A stretch of 64,000 nt of DNA from Nitrospira sp. (GTDB lineage Bacteria > Nitrospirota > Nitrospiria > Nitrospirales > Nitrospiraceae), in NCBI GenBank assembly GCA_037445435.1, contig JBBIKN010000005.1:7420-71419 (forward strand), written 5' to 3'. A program made the translations under genes and the position numbers. The notes below the pieces were generated by a model. That model had not been told where the DNA came from. It worked only from the letters and a program-made list of their open reading frames with translations, and did no database searches. This document shows positions 35,263-45,577 of the stretch, one piece after another. Positions within the stretch are counted from its first letter, which is position 1, and every line of letters starts with the position of its first letter.

Positions 35263-38200
35263 CTAGTCACGCTGATGCACCCAGTTGACGTAGCGGCTGT
35301 AATTGCCTTCGAGGCTCACGTCCCCCTGTGTGAACGCACCCGTCGACATCTGGGTATTATAGGTACACCCTTGTCCGCAATGGATCGTGCCACTTGACGC
35401 AAGACCGGTTCCCATGGATGTCTTTGTATTCACATTGGTATTTCCGCCGGAGTTCGCCGTACCGATAACAGGAGCGGTCGACGCTGTGCCGGTCTTGTAG
35501 AAAAGCGCGTACAGATAGCTCGCGCCATCGGATGCACAGAAGTCGTTCGTTGGAGCAAAGGTTGGGAAGAAAATCGTCCCGGCCACCAAAGTCGGATTGA
35601 CCACAGACCGTTCAGCGGCATAACTCGTTGCCACACCGGTAACAGGGTCCGTGATGGTGACCGGCCCGGGCATCGTGACGCGCCAGCCATCTTTCGAGGC
35701 AACCAGACCGATCATCGAAGTTGTTCCGGTGCCATTGAACGTTGTCACGCCAGGATTCGTCGGGTCGGTCACCTGATTGGTGCTGCCGCTACAGACGATG
35801 CAAATCACCGCGTTGGTGACATCGACAAGATCATTATCGTGACAGCTGGTTGTAGAGCTCTCATTGCACAGGGCATTCAGAACAGAATCTTTGATCCCGA
35901 AGAGGCGTTGTATCGTGTTATCTACCTTATCCGTATTACCAAAATACCGACCTGTCCCGAAGAAGACCCATATCTTGTCGGTATCGTCCAGGGTCACGGC
36001 TGGAGCTGATGCAGAGGGCCCGACCTCGACCCAAGACCCAAAAGTTGGGGACCCAGGCGTTGCATCGTAGAACGTATCGATCACTTCCGTCGGAGTCCGA
36101 TTGCCTCCATTGGCAATACCCCAGGTCATGGGGTCACATGGAGCCGCAGAACATCCCATAGTCAGGCGGTATAGCTTCCCTCGCCACGGGAGAGCCCCGT
36201 CGTGAATGGTCCGAACTGCGTAGGCCACGTCCGTCCGCCAATCCGAATCCTTATCAACCGCCACCACATGCCCCATGAAGGATCGCCACGTTCCTATTGG
36301 CATAGTGGTGAGACTGCCTCCCGCAGCCACCTTCGGGCCATTCTTCAAATCGACGGTATACAACCTCGCTCCCTGCGACGGGGCTGATGGGAGATCGGCT
36401 TGATACCCGTTCGGTCCTGATCCGAACAGGACGTACCACTTCTCATTGGTCGGATCGATGGGGCTATCCGTTTTCGGGTTCATACGAGCCACTGCCGGAT
36501 AGCTGGTGGTTAACCCAAGATTGTTATCGGTAAACACCCAGAGCAACTTTGGGTCGACTTCGGGATTCGTGACATCCAATGCGAAGTACGCACTATAGAA
36601 TGTGCGAGATACACCCCCGATCGTGGCCGTCATCGGCGGGGCTCCTGAGCCCGCAGCACAGTTTCCGCAACTGCCTCCCATCCGGAATCCACCGATCAAG
36701 ATCGTTCCCCAACCGCCAGGGTGATCCGCATCCGATGTAAAGATCCTGGCCTCGGCGATCGTCGGTTTGAGATCGACGTAGTACACGTGCGTGTAATCCG
36801 TCCTGGCAAGCCACTGGAGATGCGGCAATAATTCCTGCGGAATGAACGACCAAAGTTCCGCTCCCAAATTTTGACCGCTGGAATTGTCTGTTGGATTCTT
36901 GGTGTACCAGCCATGTTCCACAGTGGACGCCGTGGTCGGATCGTCACCCTTGTGGTAGTACCCGCCGTTGAAGGCATGCAGCATTCCGTCATTGGCGCCG
37001 ACGTAGACGACCTGACGTCTGTTTCGATACTTCGCGTAAAATGCGGTGTAGGTGGGATCCCCGAACGCCAGATCGTAGCGCGCCTTCGGGGCCCCCACGA
37101 CCGTTGGAGTCGAGTGAATGGGATCACCTAGCTTCCAGACCTTGAAGTTTCCACTTCCAACCGGAACTTCGAGCATCCTGGTCCGTAACCCGGCGATCTC
37201 ATCACCTCGAATGAAGTTAATCAAGTTCGTGGCATTGGTGCTACCAACACAGGTGTCTAATGCATACCGCAAGTAGTCCCGAAGCAGGAGACAATTAGTC
37301 GTACTAAACTCGATTTGCTCTGTGGGGTCCACGATCCCGTCGTTATTGACATCGATCCAGGTAAAGATCTTGCGGGAAGCAGACGTCCCATTCGCGAGTT
37401 CTTTACCTGCTTCCCAAATCGGCTTAATCGACTTGAGGTCGCTGGTGAGGATGGGCATCGTATTGTCCGCGACTCCATCCGCCGGGCTGGTATCTGCAAA
37501 CTTGTCCACAAGGACTTTCTGATAGGTCGGACTCGCGGGATCATTATCATATCTTGTCCTCACGATCAGGTCTTGATCATACGTCAGCTTGCCGTCTTGA
37601 TTCGTATCTTCTCTGAAATTACCGAACCCATCGACGAACAAGGCATGGGTATACCCTGTCCACTTAACGTTCACCCCTCCCTGCCCGACATCACTCGTGA
37701 AGAAGTAGGCTTGATAGATCGACCCTTCACCGGTCGACGATGTTGCCAAGACCGAGATCGAGGTGCCGGATGCACTTTTCCTGAGAATCGCCGTCAGGGA
37801 AGCGAGCAGCCGCTCCTGCAAATCATCGACATTGGAAGACTCGAAATAGGTATCGGGAATCCCATCTACACCGGCGGCCCCTGTCGCATTGATCACTTTG
37901 TCCCATTCGCTGGTGAGATCCGGAAGATTGTTGTTGTTGGTGTCCTCAAAGCCACCCAATTGAGCGGCATGCATCAGCAATTCCCGCCCACTAATATTGC
38001 CGAATGCATAGAAGGTGTAGACCGTCAGGTTTTGCAGGCCCTGCAAACAATGCCCCGAGACCCCCAACACAGGGATCACTCCATCCGTAGTCCCATTGCA
38101 CGGTCGAAGATCGTTGATGTGTGACCAGTAGGCAACGTCATCCAAAAAGTGCCGCCCGTTATCAGCATAGTCGGTTCTGTGCTGTTTAAGCAGCACGTTA

Positions 38201-39681
38201 TTGGGAGTCGCTGGATCGTTATTGCAGGTCCCGCCGGGAGGATCCACAAAAGGCACTCCCCGATTCCCATTACAATACGTTCCCGCATAGGGCTGAGCAT
38301 TGACATTGGCATATTGATTGATACTCGCAGGCACGCCGGTATCCTGCGTCGGAGCGCCATCCGTGAAAACCATTACAAATGTCTTGCAGCAGCGCACTTG
38401 CGTCGAGGTACTGGCCCAGGCCGGCGTGTGGTTGCTCCCGTAGAAGAATGGATCACGCCCACAGGCATTGGTGATATAGCCGGCAGGACAGACCTCCGGC
38501 GCTGTGAGGGCTGAAATCTCTGTACCACCAATTCCACCAGTTCCTGAGCTTCCAAACGCCACTCCGTTCGAGTTTCCACCTGAGAACGCAATTGGGTACA
38601 CATATTGGTTGGGATAAAAGGCTGAGTTGATTTGTGCAACGTACCGAGCGACTTCGTAGAGTGATTCGGCCAGTGGCGTCCAGGTCGCGGGAAACGTTTC
38701 GTCGACGGCGTCCACCATCGCTGCTGTGTTGGTGTTGAACGTCTCAACTGTTGTACCGGCAAAGTCGATCGACTGACGGCTCCCAACCCCGGTCAACACC
38801 CGAAGTCCGTTGTTGCTCCCATCATTGTTGAACACGGCCAGCGCAAACCGAGCCTGTGGCCCGATTTGCTGAATCACTCCTGTCGGCTCGCTGTACATGG
38901 CAAAGGCGATTTCGTTGAGTTCCGTTTCGACGAAACCATCTCCATCCGATGATCCAGGATTTCCACAATTGGTACCGTTGTCATCATCGATGCACATGTC
39001 GGCATCATCTTCGATATGGATGAAGATGTTGGCTGGATTCCCAGGGTGTGTTGTGGTCGGAATTCGCCCTACATAGGTGAGATCACCGGTGCCACCGTTA
39101 TATCCCACCGCCACGGTTGTTTCGGTATTGACACCTGTCCCGCGTTGAGCTCTGACCGTCGGCAAGGATGGTGTCCCGTATGGCTTGCACGTTGAATCGG
39201 CGTTACGAGTCGGATTGAACCCATTCTGGCATTGCCCGCCGATCATCGCCTTCTTGACCGCGTCGAACCGGCGGAACGTTGCCCAATTGACGAAATTCCC
39301 ATCGTATTCGGTTCCAGGACAGGGTGTGTTGAGGGCTGCTTTCATTCCCGTGCCGTGCTCAAACCGGTTATCGGTCGAGTCCCAGACATAGCAGCGCATC
39401 GGATCGGCGAATCCCGAATACCGCGTGGTGGCCGTAAAGGTAAGGGTCGTGGAGGGGAGACCGCTCGCCAACGTGCCGCAGTTCGTAACCTCGCAGGCTC
39501 GATTGCTCATACTCCCCGAGTTATCCATGAGAATGATGATGTTAGGAGCAACCTGATCCGAGACGAAGGGAGGAGCGGATGTATACTGGTCCATCGTCTG
39601 GGCTGACGCCGTCAGTGCCCACGCCAGGCCAATTACAGTGATCCCCACAGTTCCATGAAGGGCCTGTGTCTTGTTTTTCAT
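35263..39681 (-). CDS. pilY1: PilY1-like type IV pilus tip adhesin with N-terminal vWA-type domain
   Basis: Very large secreted ORF. vWA MIDAS-like IIILMDNSGSM near the N-terminus. PilY1-type propeller region (GDPIHSTPTVVG, VYVGANDGMLHAFN). Follows pilVWX-like genes. Start at ATG 39681, with GGGAGGGA upstream. Confidence 0.85.
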   Translation of the reverse strand: MKNKTQALHGTVGITVIGLAWALTASAQTMDQYTSAPPFVSDQVAPNIIILMDNSGSMSNRACEVTNCGTLASGLPSTTLTFTATTRYSGFADPMRCYVWDSTDNRFEHGTGMKAALNTPCPGTEYDGNFVNWATFRRFDAVKKAMIGGQCQNGFNPTRNADSTCKPYGTPSLPTVRAQRGTGVNTETTVAVGYNGGTGDLTYVGRIPTTTHPGNPANIFIHIEDDADMCIDDDNGTNCGNPGSSDGDGFVETELNEIAFAMYSEPTGVIQQIGPQARFALAVFNNDGSNNGLRVLTGVGSRQSIDFAGTTVETFNTNTAAMVDAVDETFPATWTPLAESLYEVARYVAQINSAFYPNQYVYPIAFSGGNSNGVAFGSSGTGGIGGTEISALTAPEVCPAGYITNACGRDPFFYGSNHTPAWASTSTQVRCCKTFVMVFTDGAPTQDTGVPASINQYANVNAQPYAGTYCNGNRGVPFVDPPGGTCNNDPATPNNVLLKQHRTDYADNGRHFLDDVAYWSHINDLRPCNGTTDGVIPVLGVSGHCLQGLQNLTVYTFYAFGNISGRELLMHAAQLGGFEDTNNNNLPDLTSEWDKVINATGAAGVDGIPDTYFESSNVDDLQERLLASLTAILRKSASGTSISVLATSSTGEGSIYQAYFFTSDVGQGGVNVKWTGYTHALFVDGFGNFREDTNQDGKLTYDQDLIVRTRYDNDPASPTYQKVLVDKFADTSPADGVADNTMPILTSDLKSIKPIWEAGKELANGTSASRKIFTWIDVNNDGIVDPTEQIEFSTTNCLLLRDYLRYALDTCVGSTNATNLINFIRGDEIAGLRTRMLEVPVGSGNFKVWKLGDPIHSTPTVVGAPKARYDLAFGDPTYTAFYAKYRNRRQVVYVGANDGMLHAFNGGYYHKGDDPTTASTVEHGWYTKNPTDNSSGQNLGAELWSFIPQELLPHLQWLARTDYTHVYYVDLKPTIAEARIFTSDADHPGGWGTILIGGFRMGGSCGNCAAGSGAPPMTATIGGVSRTFYSAYFALDVTNPEVDPKLLWVFTDNNLGLTTSYPAVARMNPKTDSPIDPTNEKWYVLFGSGPNGYQADLPSAPSQGARLYTVDLKNGPKVAAGGSLTTMPIGTWRSFMGHVVAVDKDSDWRTDVAYAVRTIHDGALPWRGKLYRLTMGCSAAPCDPMTWGIANGGNRTPTEVIDTFYDATPGSPTFGSWVEVGPSASAPAVTLDDTDKIWVFFGTGRYFGNTDKVDNTIQRLFGIKDSVLNALCNESSTTSCHDNDLVDVTNAVICIVCSGSTNQVTDPTNPGVTTFNGTGTTSMIGLVASKDGWRVTMPGPVTITDPVTGVATSYAAERSVVNPTLVAGTIFFPTFAPTNDFCASDGASYLYALFYKTGTASTAPVIGTANSGGNTNVNTKTSMGTGLASSGTIHCGQGCTYNTQMSTGAFTQGDVSLEGNYSRYVNWVHQRD

Positions 39682-39739
39682 GGTCCCTCCCTCATCCACG
39701 TTCATCTCACCCCGCTCGATCATGCATGTCGCCGATCTG

Positions 39740-40114
39740 CTATTGCGGCACATACACGATCATCACATCGATCTTGTTGCCGTCGCCCTTCTTGAGATGA
39801 AACCTCACCTCGTGATTGGGCTTAATGACGTCCGCCTGCAGCATGTTATCTTCCTGGTCGCGAATTTCGACTTCGGGATCCAGCGTATATTCTTTCCCGC
39901 TGATAACGAGAGACTGGTGCCCGATCGATGTCACGACTCCGGCTTGTAATCCGCTCATGATAGCCGAAGGAATCGGGTCGAGCGCATGAGCTAACAGCGC
40001 ATATCCACAGACCGTGCTAAGCGCGGCTACCAGGACAGCCCCACAGATTCTAAATGGCTTTCGCGGGCTAGCGTCCTTCGCCATCTGATGGATAGGTTGA
40101 GTTAGGCCGTTCAT
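39740..40114 (-). CDS. small secreted protein, function unknown (between pilX-like and pilY1)
   Basis: 124-aa ORF with a signal-like segment (ICGAVLVAALSTVCGYALLAHA). No prepilin motif. Confidence 0.5.
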   Translation of the reverse strand: MNGLTQPIHQMAKDASPRKPFRICGAVLVAALSTVCGYALLAHALDPIPSAIMSGLQAGVVTSIGHQSLVISGKEYTLDPEVEIRDQEDNMLQADVIKPNHEVRFHLKKGDGNKIDVMIVYVPQ

Positions 40115-40133
40115 AGTAACGCTCCCCCATTGA

Positions 40134-40754
40134 TCACGTACCGTTATAACTTCGCTTCATGCACCCTTCCCCGGTTTCGTTCAGGCAGTCGAACGTGACA
40201 ATGACGCGGCTCGTCGCACCAGTTGCCGCGTTCGCCGCTACACAGTCCACTCGATAGAACTGATCGTAGGTGGGTTTATCAGGATCGGCGAAGTCGCTAC
40301 CGGTCCGTCGCTTGGAATAGAGAAAATCGATGTCCCCGTTGACTGTGTACCCGTTGACGTTCATGACCAAGTTGGGCGCATTACCCGCTCCAACGGCGAT
40401 GTCGGCATTGTTCCGAAGCGTGCCGTTGATCTCCTGGGCAAACACCGCCTGATTGGCGGCGGGCACCGGTCCCTGCGGTGCGAGAAGCACGGCTGCCGGG
40501 CCGGTCATTTGAGGATCGTCTATCGTCAAGCGGATCGCTCGGACCGCCGTCCCTACACACGCTTCTGCGGCATCTGTCCCCTCCTCGACCATTCGTATCG
40601 CACCGGCCATCGAGTTTTCGAGACCCGTCATCGTCAACGCGGCCACGCCCAGAGAGCCGATGATCAACATCAGGAGCATGACCGTCACGAACGAGGTGCC
40701 TCGTTCGCTCAGAGACAACCGGCTTTGGTTCATGTTTGTGTGAGAGAGCATCAT
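40134..40754 (-). CDS. pilX: PilX-like minor pilin (PilX_N domain)
   Basis: N-terminus ERGTSFVTVMLLMLIIGSLGVAALTMTG. Position after the pilW-like gene. Confidence 0.7.
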   Translation of the reverse strand: MMLSHTNMNQSRLSLSERGTSFVTVMLLMLIIGSLGVAALTMTGLENSMAGAIRMVEEGTDAAEACVGTAVRAIRLTIDDPQMTGPAAVLLAPQGPVPAANQAVFAQEINGTLRNNADIAVGAGNAPNLVMNVNGYTVNGDIDFLYSKRRTGSDFADPDKPTYDQFYRVDCVAANAATGATSRVIVTFDCLNETGEGCMKRSYNGT

Positions 40755-40757
40755 AAA

Positions 40758-41987
40758 TTAGAGCCTTTGGTTGCGGAGCTCAATCGTCCGAGTCAGAATT
40801 CTTCGACGAAACTGAAAATAGGATACTTGCTGTGCCGGAGCAGCGGTATCTCCCGCCACAAAGAGCCCATTCGCGTGGTTATGATCGCTGATTACAGGGA
40901 AGGTCGAGCTATGCACGGGCGTTGAGTTCGCCTCCCCCATACCCTGATCGGCTCTGGTCTGCCGCGCGACGATATTGACCTGCACCAATCGAATCGTCCT
41001 CGGCGTCATGAAGGTGCCGTATGGTCCGGCGTTGCCGAACCAGTTTCGATTGGTGATGAAGTCGGCCTGGTCGAACTGATTGGATAGATCGAGATCGTCC
41101 GGCTGCATATCAGGAATGCCGCTATTGACACGCGGATCGCAGCCATCACAGGCATAGGCCAATTGGAGGTCTTCAACTCCATCCATGATGGGAATGCAGC
41201 CTGAATTTACCTGGTTGCAGTTGGGAGGCCCTCCAGGACCGACTAATATGGCCGGGACCGCGCCGCGGACCAGACAGGGAGCATTGCCTTGACAAAGATT
41301 CAGATTGTCCGGCGGAGGAATCACTTGATAGGTGATGCATTGCAGCAAGTACACCTGTGTTCCAGTCCCAAAGGCCGTGGGATCTGGGATCGCGGGGTTC
41401 AGGGTCAAACCTCCTGGATTGACGGACTGAATCGTTGAACCAGCAACTCCACCGATTGAAACAGGCATGCCGAGCAACGCCGCCCCTCCACCAGGAATAG
41501 CATTCCCCATCGCCGTGGTGGCATTGGCCGGCATAGGAATACTCGTAATCGGCGTATTGAGTCCTCCAATGGTGCCGGGGAGAGCTGGGACAAACACCTG
41601 CCACAGGGGTCCGACTGCAGCAATGGAGTTTGTCATCGGAACAACCATCGAGATGGTATCCGGTCCTGTGTCCGCCCCAAGAGGATTGTTGTCGCCTGGA
41701 ACGAGAGGATACGGAGTGCCGTTGATCTGACAGCCTCCTACTGGAGCCGTAAGGCCACGCATCCCGAATCCAGCCAACTTCAGATCCGCCGTGATCATGT
41801 CCAGAGTGTTTCGGGCCGTCGCCTGAGTACTTCCCACCTGTCCCGTAATACGTGTGGTCTTCTGGCTGACAACCAATGCGCCGAACCCTGCTGCAACAAT
41901 GGCCGTCGTCATCATCGTCGCGACCATGATTTCTGTCAGTGTGAAACCGTTCTGATGTCCCTCGTTCAATGCCGACGATTGCCTCAT
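40758..41987 (-). CDS. pilW: PilW-like minor pilin
   Basis: Prepilin leader and N-methylation motif (QNGFTLTEIMVATMM). Confidence 0.75.
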   Translation of the reverse strand: MRQSSALNEGHQNGFTLTEIMVATMMTTAIVAAGFGALVVSQKTTRITGQVGSTQATARNTLDMITADLKLAGFGMRGLTAPVGGCQINGTPYPLVPGDNNPLGADTGPDTISMVVPMTNSIAAVGPLWQVFVPALPGTIGGLNTPITSIPMPANATTAMGNAIPGGGAALLGMPVSIGGVAGSTIQSVNPGGLTLNPAIPDPTAFGTGTQVYLLQCITYQVIPPPDNLNLCQGNAPCLVRGAVPAILVGPGGPPNCNQVNSGCIPIMDGVEDLQLAYACDGCDPRVNSGIPDMQPDDLDLSNQFDQADFITNRNWFGNAGPYGTFMTPRTIRLVQVNIVARQTRADQGMGEANSTPVHSSTFPVISDHNHANGLFVAGDTAAPAQQVSYFQFRRRILTRTIELRNQRL

Positions 41988-41996
41988 GCGAGCCCC

Positions 41997-42524
41997 CTAT
42001 TCCGGCTCAATCAGCGTTTGGAAAGCCACGTTGCGTGTGCGCTGTGTTCCGGCACGCTCGTTCCACTGAAGTTGTACCGTGACCTGTACAGCGCTTGAAT
42101 CGGCCCTGAGTGGAAGCACAGGAGCGACTTGTACCGTACCGCGTGCGTTTAAGAGATTCGTGGCTAGAACCAGTGTGCGCCACTGAGTACAATCGCCTTG
42201 GATCGCTCTCGTCGCCGCTATCGACGGTGCCACCCAGAAGAACGGATCAGGTGGGGCTGGAGCGGGGATTCCACCAGCCAAGCAGTTGCCCGGTCCGTTG
42301 GTGTCCAAATTGTTATAGGCCCAGGCGAAGCGGCGATTGCTCTGGATTCTCTCCAGCATGTCGGCCGCGACATTAGTGACGATGGATAAGTCGTTAGCAT
42401 CGACATTTTTCGTAAACGAAATGCTCTGCATGGCAGCCATGCCCATAACCCCTACACCCAGAATAGCGGCGGAGATCATCACTTCGGCCAGCGTAAATCC
42501 CTTTTCGTTGCGTACCTTCATCAT
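41997..42524 (-). CDS. pilV: PilV-like minor pilin
   Basis: Prepilin motif EKGFTLAEVMISAAILGVG. Confidence 0.75.
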   Translation of the reverse strand: MMKVRNEKGFTLAEVMISAAILGVGVMGMAAMQSISFTKNVDANDLSIVTNVAADMLERIQSNRRFAWAYNNLDTNGPGNCLAGGIPAPAPPDPFFWVAPSIAATRAIQGDCTQWRTLVLATNLLNARGTVQVAPVLPLRADSSAVQVTVQLQWNERAGTQRTRNVAFQTLIEPE

Positions 42525-42543
42525 GATGCCTCTACCTTCTTGC

Positions 42544-43059
42544 TCATGATGCCTCGTTCACGACGCATGGGTTGATCGCCTGTCGGCACCATGCCACCTT
42601 TCCCGATGGCATCAGGGAAATCGAATAGATGAGATTGGGGTCACGCGTACTCTGCAATTGAATTGTCTGCGTCGCCAAAGGCGTCGTACTCAAGCCCCTC
42701 GGTGTAAATCCAATCGGCTGCGCCGGCAACGGCACGACAAATGTCACGTTGAGTGGGAACCTCTCGATGCCCAGAGGCGCGGTAAATGTCATTCCTGTTT
42801 CCCCTGAGGGAAGTGGCATCCCCGGCGTGGCTACGATCATGGCATTGCGGCTAATTGCTGCTGAACGGGCAAGGATCAAGCGGTTATAGAGACTCGTCGT
42901 TGCTTGATACAGCTCGTGCTTTGCGTACATTTGCTGAAAATTGGGAATCGACATCGCAGCTGCAATACTCAGAATGGCCCCGACTATGGCGAGTTCTATG
43001 AGGGTGAAACCCTCCTCGTTCGAACGGGGCTTGCCTAAGGTCAGTGCTGTTTCCTTCAT
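42544..43059 (-). CDS. FimU/GspH-like minor pilin
   Basis: Prepilin motif EEGFTLIELAIVGAILSIAA. Start at ATG 43059, preceded by AGGAGG. Confidence 0.75.
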   Translation of the reverse strand: MKETALTLGKPRSNEEGFTLIELAIVGAILSIAAAMSIPNFQQMYAKHELYQATTSLYNRLILARSAAISRNAMIVATPGMPLPSGETGMTFTAPLGIERFPLNVTFVVPLPAQPIGFTPRGLSTTPLATQTIQLQSTRDPNLIYSISLMPSGKVAWCRQAINPCVVNEAS

Positions 43060-43317
43060 GGCGCCTCCTGAGCGAGCAAGGGGCATGCCGCTTCAGGAAA
43101 TGGATTGCATCCTTCCAACCTCTTGATTTGATTGTATTGTTCTGCCAGAGAAGCTATCCCTTTTCGACCATTTTGCGCGCTTCTGAACGACAATTTTCGT
43201 CTGGGATCTTGTACGGTTTTTGTACATTTCGGATAGTCATGTCCGGCTGAGAAAAGGAGGGTCAGGACGACAGGCGTCTAATGGGGTAGGATTTATTGTG
43301 ATTGGAAAGGAAACCCT

Positions 43318-43638
43318 ATGAATCGAGAGTCTCGCAAGGTCCAGCGTTTTGCAGTACAGCTTCCCTGCCAATTGTGGAACGATGAAAACAAGTCGGGTGG
43401 AACTGTCTTAAACCTTTCGGCACAGGGTTGTGCGATGACGGCGGAGCATCTTCCGTCCGTTTCGACCTACGTTTCCCTGGACATCGATCTTCTAAATGGC
43501 GAGGAGCCGGCTAAGATCGAATTGGCTGGAGTTCGCTGGGTTTCCGGGCACCGATGTGGGCTGGAATTCATCCGCGTTCGACCTGATATGCTCATGAGGC
43601 TCAGAGCTTTCACTTTGTTGCTAGAGCAGACCTCCTAA
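43318..43638 (+). CDS. PilZ domain protein
   Basis: 106-aa ORF carrying both c-di-GMP-binding PilZ motifs, RKVQR (RxxxR) and NLSAQG ([DN]xSxxG). Confidence 0.75.
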   Translation: MNRESRKVQRFAVQLPCQLWNDENKSGGTVLNLSAQGCAMTAEHLPSVSTYVSLDIDLLNGEEPAKIELAGVRWVSGHRCGLEFIRVRPDMLMRLRAFTLLLEQTS

Positions 43639-43661
43639 CAGGTGTTTACCTCCTAGCGAAA

Positions 43662-45488
43662 TTACTTTATCGCAACGGCTCGGACTTGCCGATAGGTCGT
43701 CAGACCTTTCAGCACTTTTTGGATGCCATTCTGCAGCAGGGTGACCATTCCATCCCGCATCGCTACGCTGAGGATCTCGGCTGTCCTCGCTCTAGCTTGG
43801 ATCAGATTCTTAATTTCTTCTGACCCAACCAAAAGTTCGTGCAGTGCCACCCGACCTTTAAATCCACTGTGATTGCAAACCTCACAACCACGCCCACGAT
43901 ACAAGGTCCAGTCTTCCGTATAAGTAACTCCTAGCTTTTCCCAGTATCGTGCTCCATAGCCTTGCACCAGTTCATCATACTCTTGCTGGGTCGGGTGATA
44001 GGCTTCTTTACAGTGAGAACAAATACGCTTACAGAGTCGCATTGCCAGGACCCCCAACATCGCATCGGCAAAGTTGAACGAGTCACAACCCATATCCAGC
44101 AATCGAGTGACGGTTTCTACTGCGCTGTTGGTATGGAGCGTGCTCATCACCAGATGACCGGTGAGCGAAGCTTCTATTGCAATATCAGCAGTTTCTTTGT
44201 CCCGCATTTCTCCGATCATGATCACGTCCGGGTCGGCTCGAAGGAATGCGCGCATCGCGGCGGCAAAAGTGAATCCGATTTTAGGATGCACCTGTACCTG
44301 CCTCAACCCTTCCTGTGTGATCTCGATGGGATCCTCTGCAGTCCAAATCTTTCGCTCATCGGTGTTGATGTGCTTCATGACAGCGTGGAGGGTGGTTGTC
44401 TTTCCCGATCCAGTCGGTCCTACACACAGGAAAATTCCATGCGGACGTTCGGACAGGTCTATGACGGCTTGCAGAATGTCCGGGGAAAAGTCCATGGCCT
44501 CTAAGGGCATGGTGTCTTTTGCCGTGAGGAGACGCAGCACCACATCTTCATTGTTTCCTGCGGTAGGCAAGGTCGCTACCCGCAATTCGATTTCACGATC
44601 CTTCGCTAATTTGTAGCGGATCTTACCGTCCTGCGGTTTGCGCCGCTCGGCGATATCGAGGTTGGCCATGATCTTCAACCGCGACACAATGGCACGCCGG
44701 TAGACGGCGGGAATGCGCATATAGGTAAAACAAGTCCCATCGACACGGAACCGTACGGCCGTTTCCTTGCGATCGGAATAAGGTTCGATATGGACATCGG
44801 AAGCTCCTAATCGATACGCCTCGGCGATCACCTGGTTCGCCAGACGTACGATGGCTGAATCGTTTTCATCGATCTCTCCCGACTCCCCCTCTGCGCTCCG
44901 CTCAACGCCAGCTTCATCGACGAGTTCCCCCAGGATCTCCGTGATTGAGCCTCCGTTAGCCTGCCCTGTTGCGACAAGGAGATATTGTTCGATATCCCGG
45001 CGAAGCCCGACGGAGAAACGAATCGTCGTACCGGGGAATGCGCGCCGTATATCAAGGCCTTTCTCCAAATCGTGCGGATCATTGATGACAATGTCGAGCA
45101 CCACCCCTTGTCGCTTCAACGGAATCCAGGCGTTCCTCCGGAGATAATCGAAACTGAGGTTTTTCAAGAGTTCGGGGTCTATGACGGTTCGTTCATCATA
45201 GGACACATAGGGACATTGGTAAAATTCACTGAGCGCAGACCCGAGTGCAGATTTCGGCACACGGTACTTATCGAGCAAAAGGCTTTCTAGATCAATTTCA
45301 CGTGACAGAGATTCTTCTATTGCAGCATCGAGATCCGACTGCTTGATAAGTCCGCGATATGCGATGCAGTCCAAAAGACTGCGCCCCATTGTCATCTTGC
45401 GAGGTTGCTTTGCCATCGACGGCTTTTTCAGACTGGCGACCGAGAGGATCTGCCGTCTGTGATGAGTGTCAACATGTTGCGTGATCAT
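43662..45488 (-). CDS. pilB: type IV pilus assembly ATPase PilB (GspE/PulE family)
   Basis: Walker A GPTGSGKTTT, Asp box, tetracysteine CSHC...CEVC, and an N-terminal MshEN/T2SSE_N-like region. The true start may be ATG 45416. Confidence 0.9.
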   Translation of the reverse strand: MITQHVDTHHRRQILSVASLKKPSMAKQPRKMTMGRSLLDCIAYRGLIKQSDLDAAIEESLSREIDLESLLLDKYRVPKSALGSALSEFYQCPYVSYDERTVIDPELLKNLSFDYLRRNAWIPLKRQGVVLDIVINDPHDLEKGLDIRRAFPGTTIRFSVGLRRDIEQYLLVATGQANGGSITEILGELVDEAGVERSAEGESGEIDENDSAIVRLANQVIAEAYRLGASDVHIEPYSDRKETAVRFRVDGTCFTYMRIPAVYRRAIVSRLKIMANLDIAERRKPQDGKIRYKLAKDREIELRVATLPTAGNNEDVVLRLLTAKDTMPLEAMDFSPDILQAVIDLSERPHGIFLCVGPTGSGKTTTLHAVMKHINTDERKIWTAEDPIEITQEGLRQVQVHPKIGFTFAAAMRAFLRADPDVIMIGEMRDKETADIAIEASLTGHLVMSTLHTNSAVETVTRLLDMGCDSFNFADAMLGVLAMRLCKRICSHCKEAYHPTQQEYDELVQGYGARYWEKLGVTYTEDWTLYRGRGCEVCNHSGFKGRVALHELLVGSEEIKNLIQARARTAEILSVAMRDGMVTLLQNGIQKVLKGLTTYRQVRAVAIK

Positions 45489-45577
45489 TCTATCTCATCC
45501 TTTCTCATCGACAATAAGATGTTGTTTTTATGTGTCAGTCTTCTTCGTCTTGATATCATGCGTTCTTCGTTTCGGAC

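Noticed and set aside
43087-43317. Sigma54-type promoters upstream of the pilin operons: TGGCAG-N5-TACAA near 43130-43150 and TGGCAT-N5-TTGAC near 48780-48800, both on the minus strand.
   Set aside because: Both lack the conserved GC of the -12 element at the required GG-N10-GC spacing. The second is better explained as a sigma70 TTGACA -35 box.
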